64,000 nt of DNA from sequence record DRR378314_135. One strand, given 5' to 3'. Shown in pieces: positions 1-8,789 of the stretch. The position numbers were made by a program, and so were the translations under genes. The notes under the pieces were generated by a model, which saw only the letters and a list, made by a program, of their open reading frames with translations, did no database searches and was not told where the DNA came from. Numbering within the stretch: the first letter of the stretch is position 1; the number at the start of each line of letters is the position of its first letter.

Positions 1-306
1 GGCCAGCATGATGGGCTGCATCTCACCACAGCGCACCGCCGCCAGCATGTTGATCTTCGAGGTGATCGGAGCACACCCAGCGACGAACGACAGCGTGTCC
101 TGCCCCACCTGATAGGAGGAGGGACACAGGATGTTGCGGAAGCCCTGCGCTTCGGCGGTTTTCACAATCTCGGAACAATGAGCCCAGGATGACCGAAGAT
201 CGCCATCCGGCACGCCGAGGAACTGGTAGTCATCCGAACACAGGGCAGAAAACCACGAGACTTCGGCAGCGTCCAGATCGGGCGATGTGATGGGAACGAC
301 GGTCAT
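1..306 (-). CDS. smoC: LLM-class flavin-dependent monooxygenase, sulfoquinovose monooxygenase SmoC-like (N-terminal part; runs off the left edge)
   Basis: Manual translation from the ATG at 306 (GGAG RBS upstream): MTVVPITSPDLDAAEVSWFSALCSDDYQFLGVPDGDLRSSWAHCSEIVKTAEAQGFRNILCPSSYQVGQDTLSFVAGCAPITSKINMLAAVRCGEMQPIMLA. This closely resembles the Agrobacterium SmoC N-terminus as I recall it. Divergent GntR alongside. Confidence 0.8.
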   Translation of the reverse strand, partial: MTVVPITSPDLDAAEVSWFSALCSDDYQFLGVPDGDLRSSWAHCSEIVKTAEAQGFRNILCPSSYQVGQDTLSFVAGCAPITSKINMLAAVRCGEMQPIMLA

Positions 307-357
307 TTGGCTCTCCTGGAACAGTCGAATTTCCTCTTGCGTAGCAGCGGATTTAAA

Positions 358-378
358 GTACATCAATGGTGCATCAAT
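358..378. promoter_or_regulatory. Candidate GntR (SmoD) operator: tandem repeat GTACATCAAT-G-GTGCATCAAT
   Basis: Two 10-mers (9/10 identical) with an 11-bp period, in the short AT-rich divergent intergenic region. Confidence 0.45.
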
Positions 379-417
379 TATTTCCGCCCGTCTACACTCT
401 TGCGCATGGGACCCCGC

Positions 418-1140
418 ATGACCCCGCTGAACGACCTTGACCGAGACACCCCAACCGCCTTGCCGATATACATGCAGATCAGCGAATTCCTGATCCGCGA
501 GATCGCCGCCGGGCGTCTGGTCGATGGGCAACGCCTGCCGCCAGAACGGGAGATGGCAAAGAGCCATGGGACCACCGTGCGCACCCTGCGCAAGTCCTTG
601 TACGAGCTGGAGAAAAAAGGGCTTCTGGAACGTGTGCAGGGCTCCGGAAACTACATCCACGCCAACCACAAGGCGCAGAGCGTTTATTCGATGTTCCGGC
701 TCGAATTGACCACGGGCGGCGGCCTGCCCACTGCCGATATTCTGGAGGTGGCTGCCGTCGAAAAACCGGCAGATCTGCCAGTGTTTGGCACCGCAGATCA
801 CGGCACCCGGGTACGCCGCCTGCGATTTCTCAACCGTATTCCGATCGCGGTAGAGGAGATCTGGCTCGATGGGGACGCCGGCATCATCAAGCCCGAGCAG
901 ATGTCAGATTCGCTCTACCGCACGTATCAGATGCAGCTGGGCCTGATCATCGCCCGCGCCGAGGACCGCGTGTCCATCGGCCATGTGCCCGACTGGGCCC
1001 CGAACAGCTTTGCGCTCCGCCCCGGAACGCTCACCGGCTATATCGAACGCTTCAGCTGGGCCGAGGTTGCGGCCCCGGTGGAGTTTTCCAGAACCTGGTT
1101 CGACACGAACAAGGCGCTCTATGTACAGCGCCTGATCTGA
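418..1140 (+). CDS. GntR-family (HutC/UTRA) transcriptional regulator, SmoD-like
   Basis: wHTH PIYMQI...LPPERE...VRTLRKSL..LEKKG...QGSGNY plus a C-terminal UTRA-like domain. Start at ATG 418 (ATG 406 is possible). Confidence 0.9.
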   Translation: MTPLNDLDRDTPTALPIYMQISEFLIREIAAGRLVDGQRLPPEREMAKSHGTTVRTLRKSLYELEKKGLLERVQGSGNYIHANHKAQSVYSMFRLELTTGGGLPTADILEVAAVEKPADLPVFGTADHGTRVRRLRFLNRIPIAVEEIWLDGDAGIIKPEQMSDSLYRTYQMQLGLIIARAEDRVSIGHVPDWAPNSFALRPGTLTGYIERFSWAEVAAPVEFSRTWFDTNKALYVQRLI

Positions 1141-1151
1141 GGGAGACACTC

Positions 1152-2258
1152 TTGTCACAAATCATCAATTACGGCGTCATCGGCTGCGGCATGATGGGGC
1201 AGGAACACCTGCGCAACATCGCACTGTTGGACGACACACGCGTCGCGGCGATCTTTGAGCCGGACGCCCAGATGGCCACGGAGAGCCGCAAGTTCGCACC
1301 CGACGCGCAGTTTGTCGACAGCGTGGACGCGCTGCTGGCGGTGGAGGCGCTGGACTGCATCCTGATCGCCAGCCCCAACTATCGCCACGTTGAACAGCTG
1401 GAGGCCTTGGCGGCCCATCGTCCGCTGCCGGTGCTGGTGGAAAAACCGCTCTTCACCGACCCCGCACATGCGGAGCGACTGGCGGCGTTCCGCGCCAGCT
1501 ACCCCGCGCCGGTGTGGGTGGCGATGGAATATCGCTACATGCCGCCCGTGGCGACCCTGCTGGCCGAGGCCGAGGCGGCCACTGGCGGCATCAAGATGCT
1601 GACCATCCGCGAGCACCGGTTTCCCTTCCTCGAAAAGGTCGGCGACTGGAACCGCTTCAACCGCTTCACCGGTGGGACGTTTGTGGAGAAATGCTGCCAC
1701 TTCTTCGACCTGATGCGGCTGACGCTGAAGTCGGAACCTGTTCGGGTGCTGGCCTCAGGGGGCGCGGATGTGAACCATCTGGGTGAACGCTATGACGACG
1801 AGGCGCCGGATATCCTCGACAACGGCTATGTCATTGTCGATTTTGCCAATGGAACCCGCGCCATGCTGGAGCTGTGCATGTTCGCCGAGGGCGCCCGCTA
1901 TCAGGAAGAAATCTCTGCCGTCGGTCCAAAGGGCAAGATCGAGGCGTTGGTGCCGGGGCCGGGCCGGTTCTGGCCGGACCACTTGGGCGAACCGCCGGTT
2001 CCGCAGGTTGTAGTCTCGCCACGCGCCCCCAAGGGGCCAGAGGTTCGCGACATCCCGGTCGACCCCACGCTGCTGGAAGCCGGCGACCACAATGGATCGA
2101 CCTTCTATCAGCACAAGGGTTTTCTAGACCTGGTGCGTGGCCTGCGCGCGCATCCCGACGTAAGCTTGGAGGACGGTCGCATTGCGGTGCTGATGGGCAT
2201 GGCGGCGCAGATCTCCATGACCGAGCATCGCGCCGTGGAGATTGCAGAGCTGCTGTGA
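1152..2258 (+). CDS. Gfo/Idh/MocA-family oxidoreductase; probable NAD+-dependent sulfoquinovosidase (GH188/SqgA-like)
   Basis: Rossmann GCGMMG, EKP motif, MEYRY, GGTFVEKCCHFFD. GGGAG RBS before the TTG start. The specific function is inferred from the smoC/GntR context. Confidence 0.75.
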   Translation: MSQIINYGVIGCGMMGQEHLRNIALLDDTRVAAIFEPDAQMATESRKFAPDAQFVDSVDALLAVEALDCILIASPNYRHVEQLEALAAHRPLPVLVEKPLFTDPAHAERLAAFRASYPAPVWVAMEYRYMPPVATLLAEAEAATGGIKMLTIREHRFPFLEKVGDWNRFNRFTGGTFVEKCCHFFDLMRLTLKSEPVRVLASGGADVNHLGERYDDEAPDILDNGYVIVDFANGTRAMLELCMFAEGARYQEEISAVGPKGKIEALVPGPGRFWPDHLGEPPVPQVVVSPRAPKGPEVRDIPVDPTLLEAGDHNGSTFYQHKGFLDLVRGLRAHPDVSLEDGRIAVLMGMAAQISMTEHRAVEIAELL

Positions 2259-2273
2259 CGTCACAGAATTTGC

Positions 2274-2303
2274 AAAAGGCCGCCCCTACGGAGGCGGCCT
2301 TTT
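2274..2303. terminator. Bidirectional intrinsic terminator
   Basis: AAAAGGCCGCC-cctacgga-GGCGGCCTTTT between convergent genes. Confidence 0.85.
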
Positions 2304-2331
2304 AAACGCGTGCTTACGCTTGTCTCTGCAG

Positions 2332-3294
2332 CTAACGCGCCGTCAGGTAGTTGCGAGCCCCGATCAGGCCGAAGTTGGGTTGATGGTAGAGGTGCAGCGG
2401 CAGCTCCTGACGCCAGGACGTATGCCGCCCACCGGCGTTGAAGGCCGCAACAAAAGCCTCATCAAAAATCCACGGGTTGGCCGCGGCCACACCCCCGCTG
2501 ATGAAGACGCCGCCCTTGGCTGCAAAGACAAGGCCGAGATCGCCAGCGACACCCGCGAGATACTGCACAAACAGCTCAACCGCGCGTATCGCGGCAGTAT
2601 CAAGCCTCGCTTTCGCGGCCTCGAAAATTTCAGCACCTGTCCCCAGTGGGGCGGTCAAATCCATGCTCTTGGCCACCGCGCGATAGAAATATGGCAAACC
2701 GGTGCCCGAAAGAATGGCTTCGGCTTCGACCACCAACCCCGGCCCCATGCCGATCTCGGGCCATTCTTCGCGCAGCGCCTCAAAGATCGGCACCTCCTCC
2801 GGGGTGCGCGGACCAAGCGCCACATGTCCACCCTCGCCCGGAATCACGCAGGGTTCACCATTGGCCCAGACCAGCGCCCCCACCCCGAGGCCGGTCCCGG
2901 GGCCAACAATCAGGCAGGGTTCGCGCGGAAACACCGCCTGCCCTTGAAGGACGGTCACATCCCCCTCTGCCACCGTGGCCAGAGACCAGGCGGCCGCCTC
3001 GAAATCATTCAGCACTTTTGCGCGTTCGACCCCAAGCGCCACGGCGATACCGCGTTCTGAAAAGCTCTGATCTGCATTGGTCAATTGCACGGAGCCGTCG
3101 CGCACGACACCCGCTGCCGCAATCACGGCCCGGCCCGGCGCACTACCGCGATGGGCTGCGAAATCCGCGCAGGCCTGCTCAAGGTTTAGCGTGCCCTTGG
3201 TGTCATAGCGGGCGCGTTCGAGAATATCGCCCTCGACGTTCACAGCTGCCAGTCGCATGTTGGTTCCGCCAACGTCGGCGATGAGATTCCACAT
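2332..3294 (-). CDS. glk: Glucokinase (Glk family)
   Basis: ADVGGTNMR, LNDFEA, GPGTGLG, GEGGH, E..LSG.GL, GGVFISGG motifs. GGAGG RBS before MWNLIAD. Confidence 0.9.
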   Translation of the reverse strand: MWNLIADVGGTNMRLAAVNVEGDILERARYDTKGTLNLEQACADFAAHRGSAPGRAVIAAAGVVRDGSVQLTNADQSFSERGIAVALGVERAKVLNDFEAAAWSLATVAEGDVTVLQGQAVFPREPCLIVGPGTGLGVGALVWANGEPCVIPGEGGHVALGPRTPEEVPIFEALREEWPEIGMGPGLVVEAEAILSGTGLPYFYRAVAKSMDLTAPLGTGAEIFEAAKARLDTAAIRAVELFVQYLAGVAGDLGLVFAAKGGVFISGGVAAANPWIFDEAFVAAFNAGGRHTSWRQELPLHLYHQPNFGLIGARNYLTAR

Positions 3295-3479
3295 CTTTGC
3301 CCCTCCAGTCCGGTGCCTGCCCACAAGGGTGGCCGGACCCGATGCTCAGGTTGTCAGTTGCCAAGGGTCAAACAGCCTCGCATGGCGCAGGTCAAGACCT
3401 GCACGTCGATTATGACCGCTTTGCGGGCCCTATCCTCGGAGTCGCGTGACTGTTGCCTGTGATATCACGCAAGGCAAGC

Positions 3480-3491
3480 GTTAGCGCAAAC
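3480..3491. promoter_or_regulatory. Possible LacI-family operator GTTAGCGCAAAC upstream of glk
   Basis: One mismatch from the palindrome GTTAGCGCTAAC typical of alphaproteobacterial LacI sugar regulators. Confidence 0.35.
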
Positions 3492-3497
3492 AGTTCA

Positions 3498-4235
3498 TCA
3501 AGATGACGCCGCGCGTGTCAGATAAGCCACCGGTTCAAAATGGTGCATATGCTCGAATGTGCACAGCTCCAGTGGGCCAAGCTCTATCACAGCCAGCTGA
3601 TCCGCATAGCGGGCAAAGAGCTCATCGGAGAATGACAGCAGATCCGCCGCCTCTGCCACATCAAGCCAGCGCAACAGATAGGCAAGGGTCACATGAAGCG
3701 TGTAAGTGTCAAAATGGTCCTGCCGCAATCCGGTCAGCTCTCGCAGAGAAACACGGGTTGCCCGCAGGCGGGCCTCTTCGATCTCGTCGGCCCCTTCAAG
3801 CGTCAGTGAATGTCCACCGTAGAGGCCGCGCGCGCAGACACGGCGGGTTGCAGGCAGATCTTGCCCGTCCAGCCGCTGCCGGAATGCGGCTGTCACCTCA
3901 TCGCGGGTCGCCTCGACCGGAATATCTGCGGGCCAGTTCCGTTCATCGGGAGCAATGCCCTGGAACACCGTCATGTGCAGGCTAGCGGGGGGCAAATAGG
4001 TGAACAGAGCACCGAAATCGCTCTGCCGGATTTCATCCTGCATGTCGCACAGGGCCGCGTGCACATCACTCGCCGGGTCGATGTGGCAGAGTACCGTGTT
4101 GCCGGGAAAGGGCAGAACCTCACCATTGGGGGTGAATTTTCCACCCTGCCCCGGGGCGGAAATCGCCTTCGGGCGAGACGTTTCGGCATCGGCGCCCGTC
4201 AGAAAACGCATCGGATCGGGGCGGAAAGTGGCCAT
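3498..4235 (-). CDS. DUF1868 / 2H-phosphoesterase family protein
   Basis: KF...G..LPFPGNTVLCH N-terminal motif and two H-x-T motifs (LHMTV, LHVTL). Confidence 0.8.
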   Translation of the reverse strand: MATFRPDPMRFLTGADAETSRPKAISAPGQGGKFTPNGEVLPFPGNTVLCHIDPASDVHAALCDMQDEIRQSDFGALFTYLPPASLHMTVFQGIAPDERNWPADIPVEATRDEVTAAFRQRLDGQDLPATRRVCARGLYGGHSLTLEGADEIEEARLRATRVSLRELTGLRQDHFDTYTLHVTLAYLLRWLDVAEAADLLSFSDELFARYADQLAVIELGPLELCTFEHMHHFEPVAYLTRAASS

Positions 4236-4308
4236 GGGGCGAAGTCCTTTGATAGTCCTACCCAACAGGTCTACGCGCCTTACATGTCAATGGTTTGACA
4301 CATGCCAG

Positions 4309-5142
4309 CTACTCTGACGAGACCGCTGACACGGCATGTCCGGTTAGAGATTTGAGCCTGTTGACCGCACGCACCAGTTCCGCGCCCACTTCGTCGTGGA
4401 TGCGCGCATCGCTGAGGTCATCGACGTTTGCCCCGCAGAAGAACGAGACCGGTTCGCCGATTTCGGAGGGACGAAACGGTGTCGCGACGGCGTTGATGGC
4501 GCGGGAATAGCGGGCCTCCTCCTCGACACAGACATAGCCCTCGCGCTGCAACTGCAGGCGTTCGCGCTGCCAGACCTCTTCACAGTCCTCTGCGTCGGCC
4601 TCCGGCAACAAGGCTTCCAGCTTTTCCCGCTCAGCGCGCGAAAGCGCACCGAGATATGCGACACCGGAGGAGGACGTCAGCACCGGCATACGGTACCCCA
4701 CATCAAGCCAAATGGTGCGTGAACCTTCGGGCCGCCAAGTTTTCACGATCAGCATATTGCCATCGTCCTGGATCGACACGCCAACCAGCGCGTTCATTTG
4801 ATTGGCAAGCGCCTGCATGATCGGTGCCGCAACCGACACAAAGCCAAAGGCCGCCGATGCGATGTTTCCCAATGCCAGCGCCGCTGGTCCGAGGCGGTAT
4901 TTGTCGAAATGACGCCCGTGGGTCAGGTATCCCAACGCACAGAGCGTGAAGGTCAAACGTGAGACTGTTGACCTTGGAATGCCTGTGCGCTCGGAAATCT
5001 CGAGGTTCCCCAGACCGTTGTCAGACGGGCGAAAGGCACGCAGGATCCGAAGGCCACGGGCCAGCGTATTGGCGTATCGCCGGTCCTGCTCAAGTTCGCG
5101 CATGGTTTTCCGTCCTGTTGGGTCATCCGGGGGCGATATCAT
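4309..5142 (-). CDS. IclR-family transcriptional regulator
   Basis: TLARGLRIL, HTH LEISERTGIPRSTVSRLTFTL, C-terminal effector domain. Start may be 5103. Confidence 0.9.
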   Translation of the reverse strand: MISPPDDPTGRKTMRELEQDRRYANTLARGLRILRAFRPSDNGLGNLEISERTGIPRSTVSRLTFTLCALGYLTHGRHFDKYRLGPAALALGNIASAAFGFVSVAAPIMQALANQMNALVGVSIQDDGNMLIVKTWRPEGSRTIWLDVGYRMPVLTSSSGVAYLGALSRAEREKLEALLPEADAEDCEEVWQRERLQLQREGYVCVEEEARYSRAINAVATPFRPSEIGEPVSFFCGANVDDLSDARIHDEVGAELVRAVNRLKSLTGHAVSAVSSE

Positions 5143-5151
5143 ACGAACCTA

Positions 5152-5166
5152 TTCCACATTAAGAAA
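5152..5166. promoter_or_regulatory. Candidate IclR box TTCCACATTAAGAAA
   Basis: Imperfect TTCC-N7-GGAA palindrome directly upstream of iclR; similar boxes at 10947-10981. Confidence 0.5.
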
Positions 5167-5227
5167 AGCACATTCGCCGCCTCGCACTGCGCCAGTTGCA
5201 TAGATCTATTTTCAAGGCAGGCGCACG

Positions 5228-6364
5228 TCATGTCGTTTGATGACCCAACTGGATGAAGCGCTCAAGGTGATGGTCCACATCGCCGAACTGATGGTCGGTC
5301 ATCACGATGCGGCGGATGAAATGCGACAGGGCGTATTCATCGGTCATGCCGATGCCGCCATGCAGCTGCACCGCCTCCTCGGCCACCAGCGCGCCGACCC
5401 GGCCAATCAGGTTCTTGGTGGCGCTGACATAGCGTTCGCGGGTGGCGCGCGGCGCATCGAGGTGACCGGCCAGGTTGACCACGGCAGAGCGTGCCTGTTC
5501 GACCTCCATCAGCACATCGGCCATGCGGTGCTGCAGGGCCTGAAACTTGCCGATGGGGCGGCCAAACTGCTGGCGGTCCTTGAGGTAGGCGATGGTCAAG
5601 CCCTTGGCGCTTTCCATCGCGCCCAGCGCCTCGGCGCTGACGGCAAGGGTGGCGCGGGCGGTGGCGGCCTCGATGGCGTCAAACCCGGCCCCCGCCTTGC
5701 CCAGGCGAGCGGAGGTTGCCACGGTCACATTGTCAAAGGTGACTGTCGCGGCGGCAAACCCATCCACCGTCACATGCGGCGTGACGGTGAGGCCCCTGGC
5801 ATCGGCCGGCACCAGAAACAGCGAGATCCCCTCTGCCGCGCCGGCCCTGCCGCTTTCGCGGGCCGAGACCACAAGCAGATGTGCTTCTGCGCCGCCCAGC
5901 ACATGGGTCTTGGTGCCGTTGAGCGTGATCTGATCGCCCGCCTCGACGCCAAGGGACACATCCGCCAGATCATAGCGGGTGCCGGGTTCGCTGTGGGCAA
6001 AGGCCAGCCGGGTCTGCCCCGCGATCACCTCGGCGATCAGCGCGCGTTGGTCTTCCGTGCCGAGGTCGGCCAGCAGCCCGCCGCCGAGGATGGCAGAGGA
6101 CAAAAGCGGCTCGATCACACCGGCGCGGCCCAGTTCCTCGAACACCAGGGCGATGTCGAATCCGGCGCCGCCATAGCCGCCCTGATCCTCGGCAAACAGC
6201 GCGCCGAGAATGCCGAGGTCCGCCAGCTGCGCCCAGATCGCAGGATCAAAGGGCTTGCCCTCCGCCAGAAGCGCGCGGCGCTTTTCATGGTCGCAATTCT
6301 CGGCAAAGAACCGGCGCAGCATGTCCTGCAACATGGCGCGATCTTCGGTCAGCGTAAAATCCAC
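5228..6364 (-). CDS. pimD: Acyl-CoA dehydrogenase, PimD-like (small subunit)
   Basis: MDFTLTED, R.QFGRPIGKFQALQHRMAD, QLHGGIGMTDE; follows a PimC-like ACAD. Confidence 0.75.
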   Translation of the reverse strand: MDFTLTEDRAMLQDMLRRFFAENCDHEKRRALLAEGKPFDPAIWAQLADLGILGALFAEDQGGYGGAGFDIALVFEELGRAGVIEPLLSSAILGGGLLADLGTEDQRALIAEVIAGQTRLAFAHSEPGTRYDLADVSLGVEAGDQITLNGTKTHVLGGAEAHLLVVSARESGRAGAAEGISLFLVPADARGLTVTPHVTVDGFAAATVTFDNVTVATSARLGKAGAGFDAIEAATARATLAVSAEALGAMESAKGLTIAYLKDRQQFGRPIGKFQALQHRMADVLMEVEQARSAVVNLAGHLDAPRATRERYVSATKNLIGRVGALVAEEAVQLHGGIGMTDEYALSHFIRRIVMTDHQFGDVDHHLERFIQLGHQTT

Positions 6365-6378
6365 CGCGTCGATCCCCC

Positions 6379-7575
6379 TCAGAGTTCCAGAATGGCCTTG
6401 GTGATGATCCCGCGCTGGATCTCGTTCGAGCCGCCAAAGATCGACAGTTTGCGCATGTTGAAATAACCTGGCGCGGCGGCGGGCGCGTGGTCCGGCAGAT
6501 CGGACACCTGGTTATCACCGCCATCAAGGTAATCCGGCAGGAACGGCATCGCATCCGGCCCGGTGGCGCGGCGCAGCAGCGAGGTCAGCTCCTGGCGGAT
6601 CTGGGTGCCCTTGATCTTCAGCATGGAGCTTTCCGCCCCCGGCGCCTGCCCCTTGGCCGCCGCCGAGACCACCCGCAGATTGGTGGTGCGCATCGCCATC
6701 AGGTCAATCTCCACCTGCGCCATGCGGGCGGCAAAATGCGGGTTGTGGCTCAGGGGTTTGCCACCGGCCATGGTGGTGGCGGCAACCCGTTTCAGCGTCT
6801 GCAGCGCGGCGTTGGAAAAGCCCACGCCCGCGATATTGGTGCGTTCGTGGGTCAGCAGGTATTTGGCATAGGTCCAGCCCTTGTTTTCCTCGCCCACGAA
6901 GTTTTCGGCAGGGACGCGCACATTGTCGAAAAACACCTCGTTCACCTCCGCCTCGCCATCGATCAGCGTGATCGGGCGCAGGGTGACACCGGGGGTGTTC
7001 ATGTCGATCAGCAGGAAGGAAATACCCGCCTGCGGCTTGCAGTCGGTATCGGTGCGCACAAGGCAGAAGATCCAGTTGGCGTGCTGGCCAAGGGTGGTCC
7101 AGGTCTTCTGCCCGTTGACCACGTAGTGATCGCCGTCGCGAACTGCACGGGTCTTGAGACTGGCAAGGTCGGAGCCCGCGCCCGGTTCGGAATACCCCTG
7201 ACACCACCAATCCTCGCCGCTCAGGATACGCGGCAGATAGTGGCGTTTCTGGGCGTCAGAGCCAAACGCCAGCAACACCGGCGCCAGCATCGTCAGACCA
7301 AAGGGCACCACGCGCGGGGCATGCGCCAGGCAGGCCTCTTCTTCAAAGATCTGGCGCTGCACCGCGTCCCATTCCGCGCCGCCATATTCCGCCGGCCAGT
7401 TTGGCGCCAGCCAGCCCCGGGCGTTCAGGATGGCGTGCCATTCCTCCATCTCGCCCTTGGTCAGACGTTTGCCAAGGCGCACCTTCTCGCTCAGCCGCTG
7501 GGGCAAATTCGTAGCGAGAAAGTCACGCACCTCGGTGCGAAAGGCGGTTTGGTCGGCGGTGTAGCTCAGATCCAC
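6379..7575 (-). CDS. pimC: Acyl-CoA dehydrogenase, PimC-like (large subunit)
   Basis: WCQGYSEPGAGSDLASL, GQKTWT, SIFGGSNEIQR. Confidence 0.8.
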   Translation of the reverse strand: MDLSYTADQTAFRTEVRDFLATNLPQRLSEKVRLGKRLTKGEMEEWHAILNARGWLAPNWPAEYGGAEWDAVQRQIFEEEACLAHAPRVVPFGLTMLAPVLLAFGSDAQKRHYLPRILSGEDWWCQGYSEPGAGSDLASLKTRAVRDGDHYVVNGQKTWTTLGQHANWIFCLVRTDTDCKPQAGISFLLIDMNTPGVTLRPITLIDGEAEVNEVFFDNVRVPAENFVGEENKGWTYAKYLLTHERTNIAGVGFSNAALQTLKRVAATTMAGGKPLSHNPHFAARMAQVEIDLMAMRTTNLRVVSAAAKGQAPGAESSMLKIKGTQIRQELTSLLRRATGPDAMPFLPDYLDGGDNQVSDLPDHAPAAAPGYFNMRKLSIFGGSNEIQRGIITKAILEL

Positions 7576-7587
7576 AAAGGCCTCCGA

Positions 7588-8766
7588 TCAGAAGATCTCG
7601 AACAGGCCAGCTGCGCCCTGACCGCCGCCGATGCACATGGTGACAACGCCCAGCTTGGCGCCGCGCCGCTTGCCTTCCAGCAGCAGGTGCCCGGTCATCC
7701 GCGCGCCAGTCATGCCAAAGGGGTGGCCGATGGAGATCGAGCCGCCGTTGACGTTGCAGATCGCCGGATCGATCTCCAGCCGCTCGCGACAATAAAGCGC
7801 CTGGCTCGCGAAGGCTTCATTCAACTCCCACAGGTCGATGTCGGAGACCTTCAGCCCATGGCGTTCCAGCAGACGCGGCACGGCAAAGACCGGGCCGATA
7901 CCCATCTCGTCCGGCTCGCAGCCTGCGGTCACGAACCCCTTGAGCGCGCCCAATGGCTCCAGCCCCTGTTGTGCGGCCAGATCGGCGTCCATCACCACCA
8001 ATGCGGCGGCCCCGTCCGACAGTTGCGAGGCATTGCCCGCAGTCACGAAATTGCCCTCACCGCGCACCGGGTTCAGGCCGGACAGACCCTCCAGCGTGGT
8101 GTTGGGACGGTTACAATCATCCATGGCGAAGGTGACATCCTTGTAGGAGACCTCCTTGGTTTCCTTGTCGGTGATCTTCTGGGTGACGGTGATCGGCACG
8201 ATCTCATCATCGAATTTGCCCGAGCTCTGGGCCGCGGCGGTGCGCATCTGGCTTTCCAATGCCAGCGCATCCTGTGCGTCCCGGCTGATGCCATAGCGCT
8301 GCGCCACGATATCGGCGGTTTCGATCATGGTCATGTAGACCTCGGGCTTGTTTGCCTCAAGCCAGTCATCGCGCCGCTGCGCCGGGCGCGAGGGGGGCAT
8401 CTGGCTGATGCTCTCGACACCGCCAGCGATGGCGGCAGAGGCGCCCTCCATGGAGATCGCGTGCGAGGCCATTGCCACCGCCTGCAGGCCGGAGGAGCAG
8501 AAGCGGTTCACGGTGGCGGCGGCCACGGTGACCGGCAATCCGGCACGCAGCACGGCCTGACGCGCGATATTGCCGCCGGTCCAGCCCTCGGGATAGCCGC
8601 AGCCGATGAAGGCGTCCTCAATCAGTGCCGGGTCAACCTTCGAGCGCGCGACCGCGTGTTCGATGGCATGCCCCGCCATCTGCGCGCCATGGGTGTCATT
8701 GAACGCACCCCGATAGGATTTGGCGAGGCCGGTCCGGGCGGTGGAGACGATAACAGCTTGTTTCAT
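7588..8766 (-). CDS. pimB: Acetyl-CoA C-acyltransferase (thiolase), PimB-like
   Basis: NRFCSSG, NEAF, GHPFG, CIGGG thiolase motifs. Confidence 0.85.
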   Translation of the reverse strand: MKQAVIVSTARTGLAKSYRGAFNDTHGAQMAGHAIEHAVARSKVDPALIEDAFIGCGYPEGWTGGNIARQAVLRAGLPVTVAAATVNRFCSSGLQAVAMASHAISMEGASAAIAGGVESISQMPPSRPAQRRDDWLEANKPEVYMTMIETADIVAQRYGISRDAQDALALESQMRTAAAQSSGKFDDEIVPITVTQKITDKETKEVSYKDVTFAMDDCNRPNTTLEGLSGLNPVRGEGNFVTAGNASQLSDGAAALVVMDADLAAQQGLEPLGALKGFVTAGCEPDEMGIGPVFAVPRLLERHGLKVSDIDLWELNEAFASQALYCRERLEIDPAICNVNGGSISIGHPFGMTGARMTGHLLLEGKRRGAKLGVVTMCIGGGQGAAGLFEIF

Positions 8767-8789
8767 TGGAAAATTCCTCTTCGAGGTGA

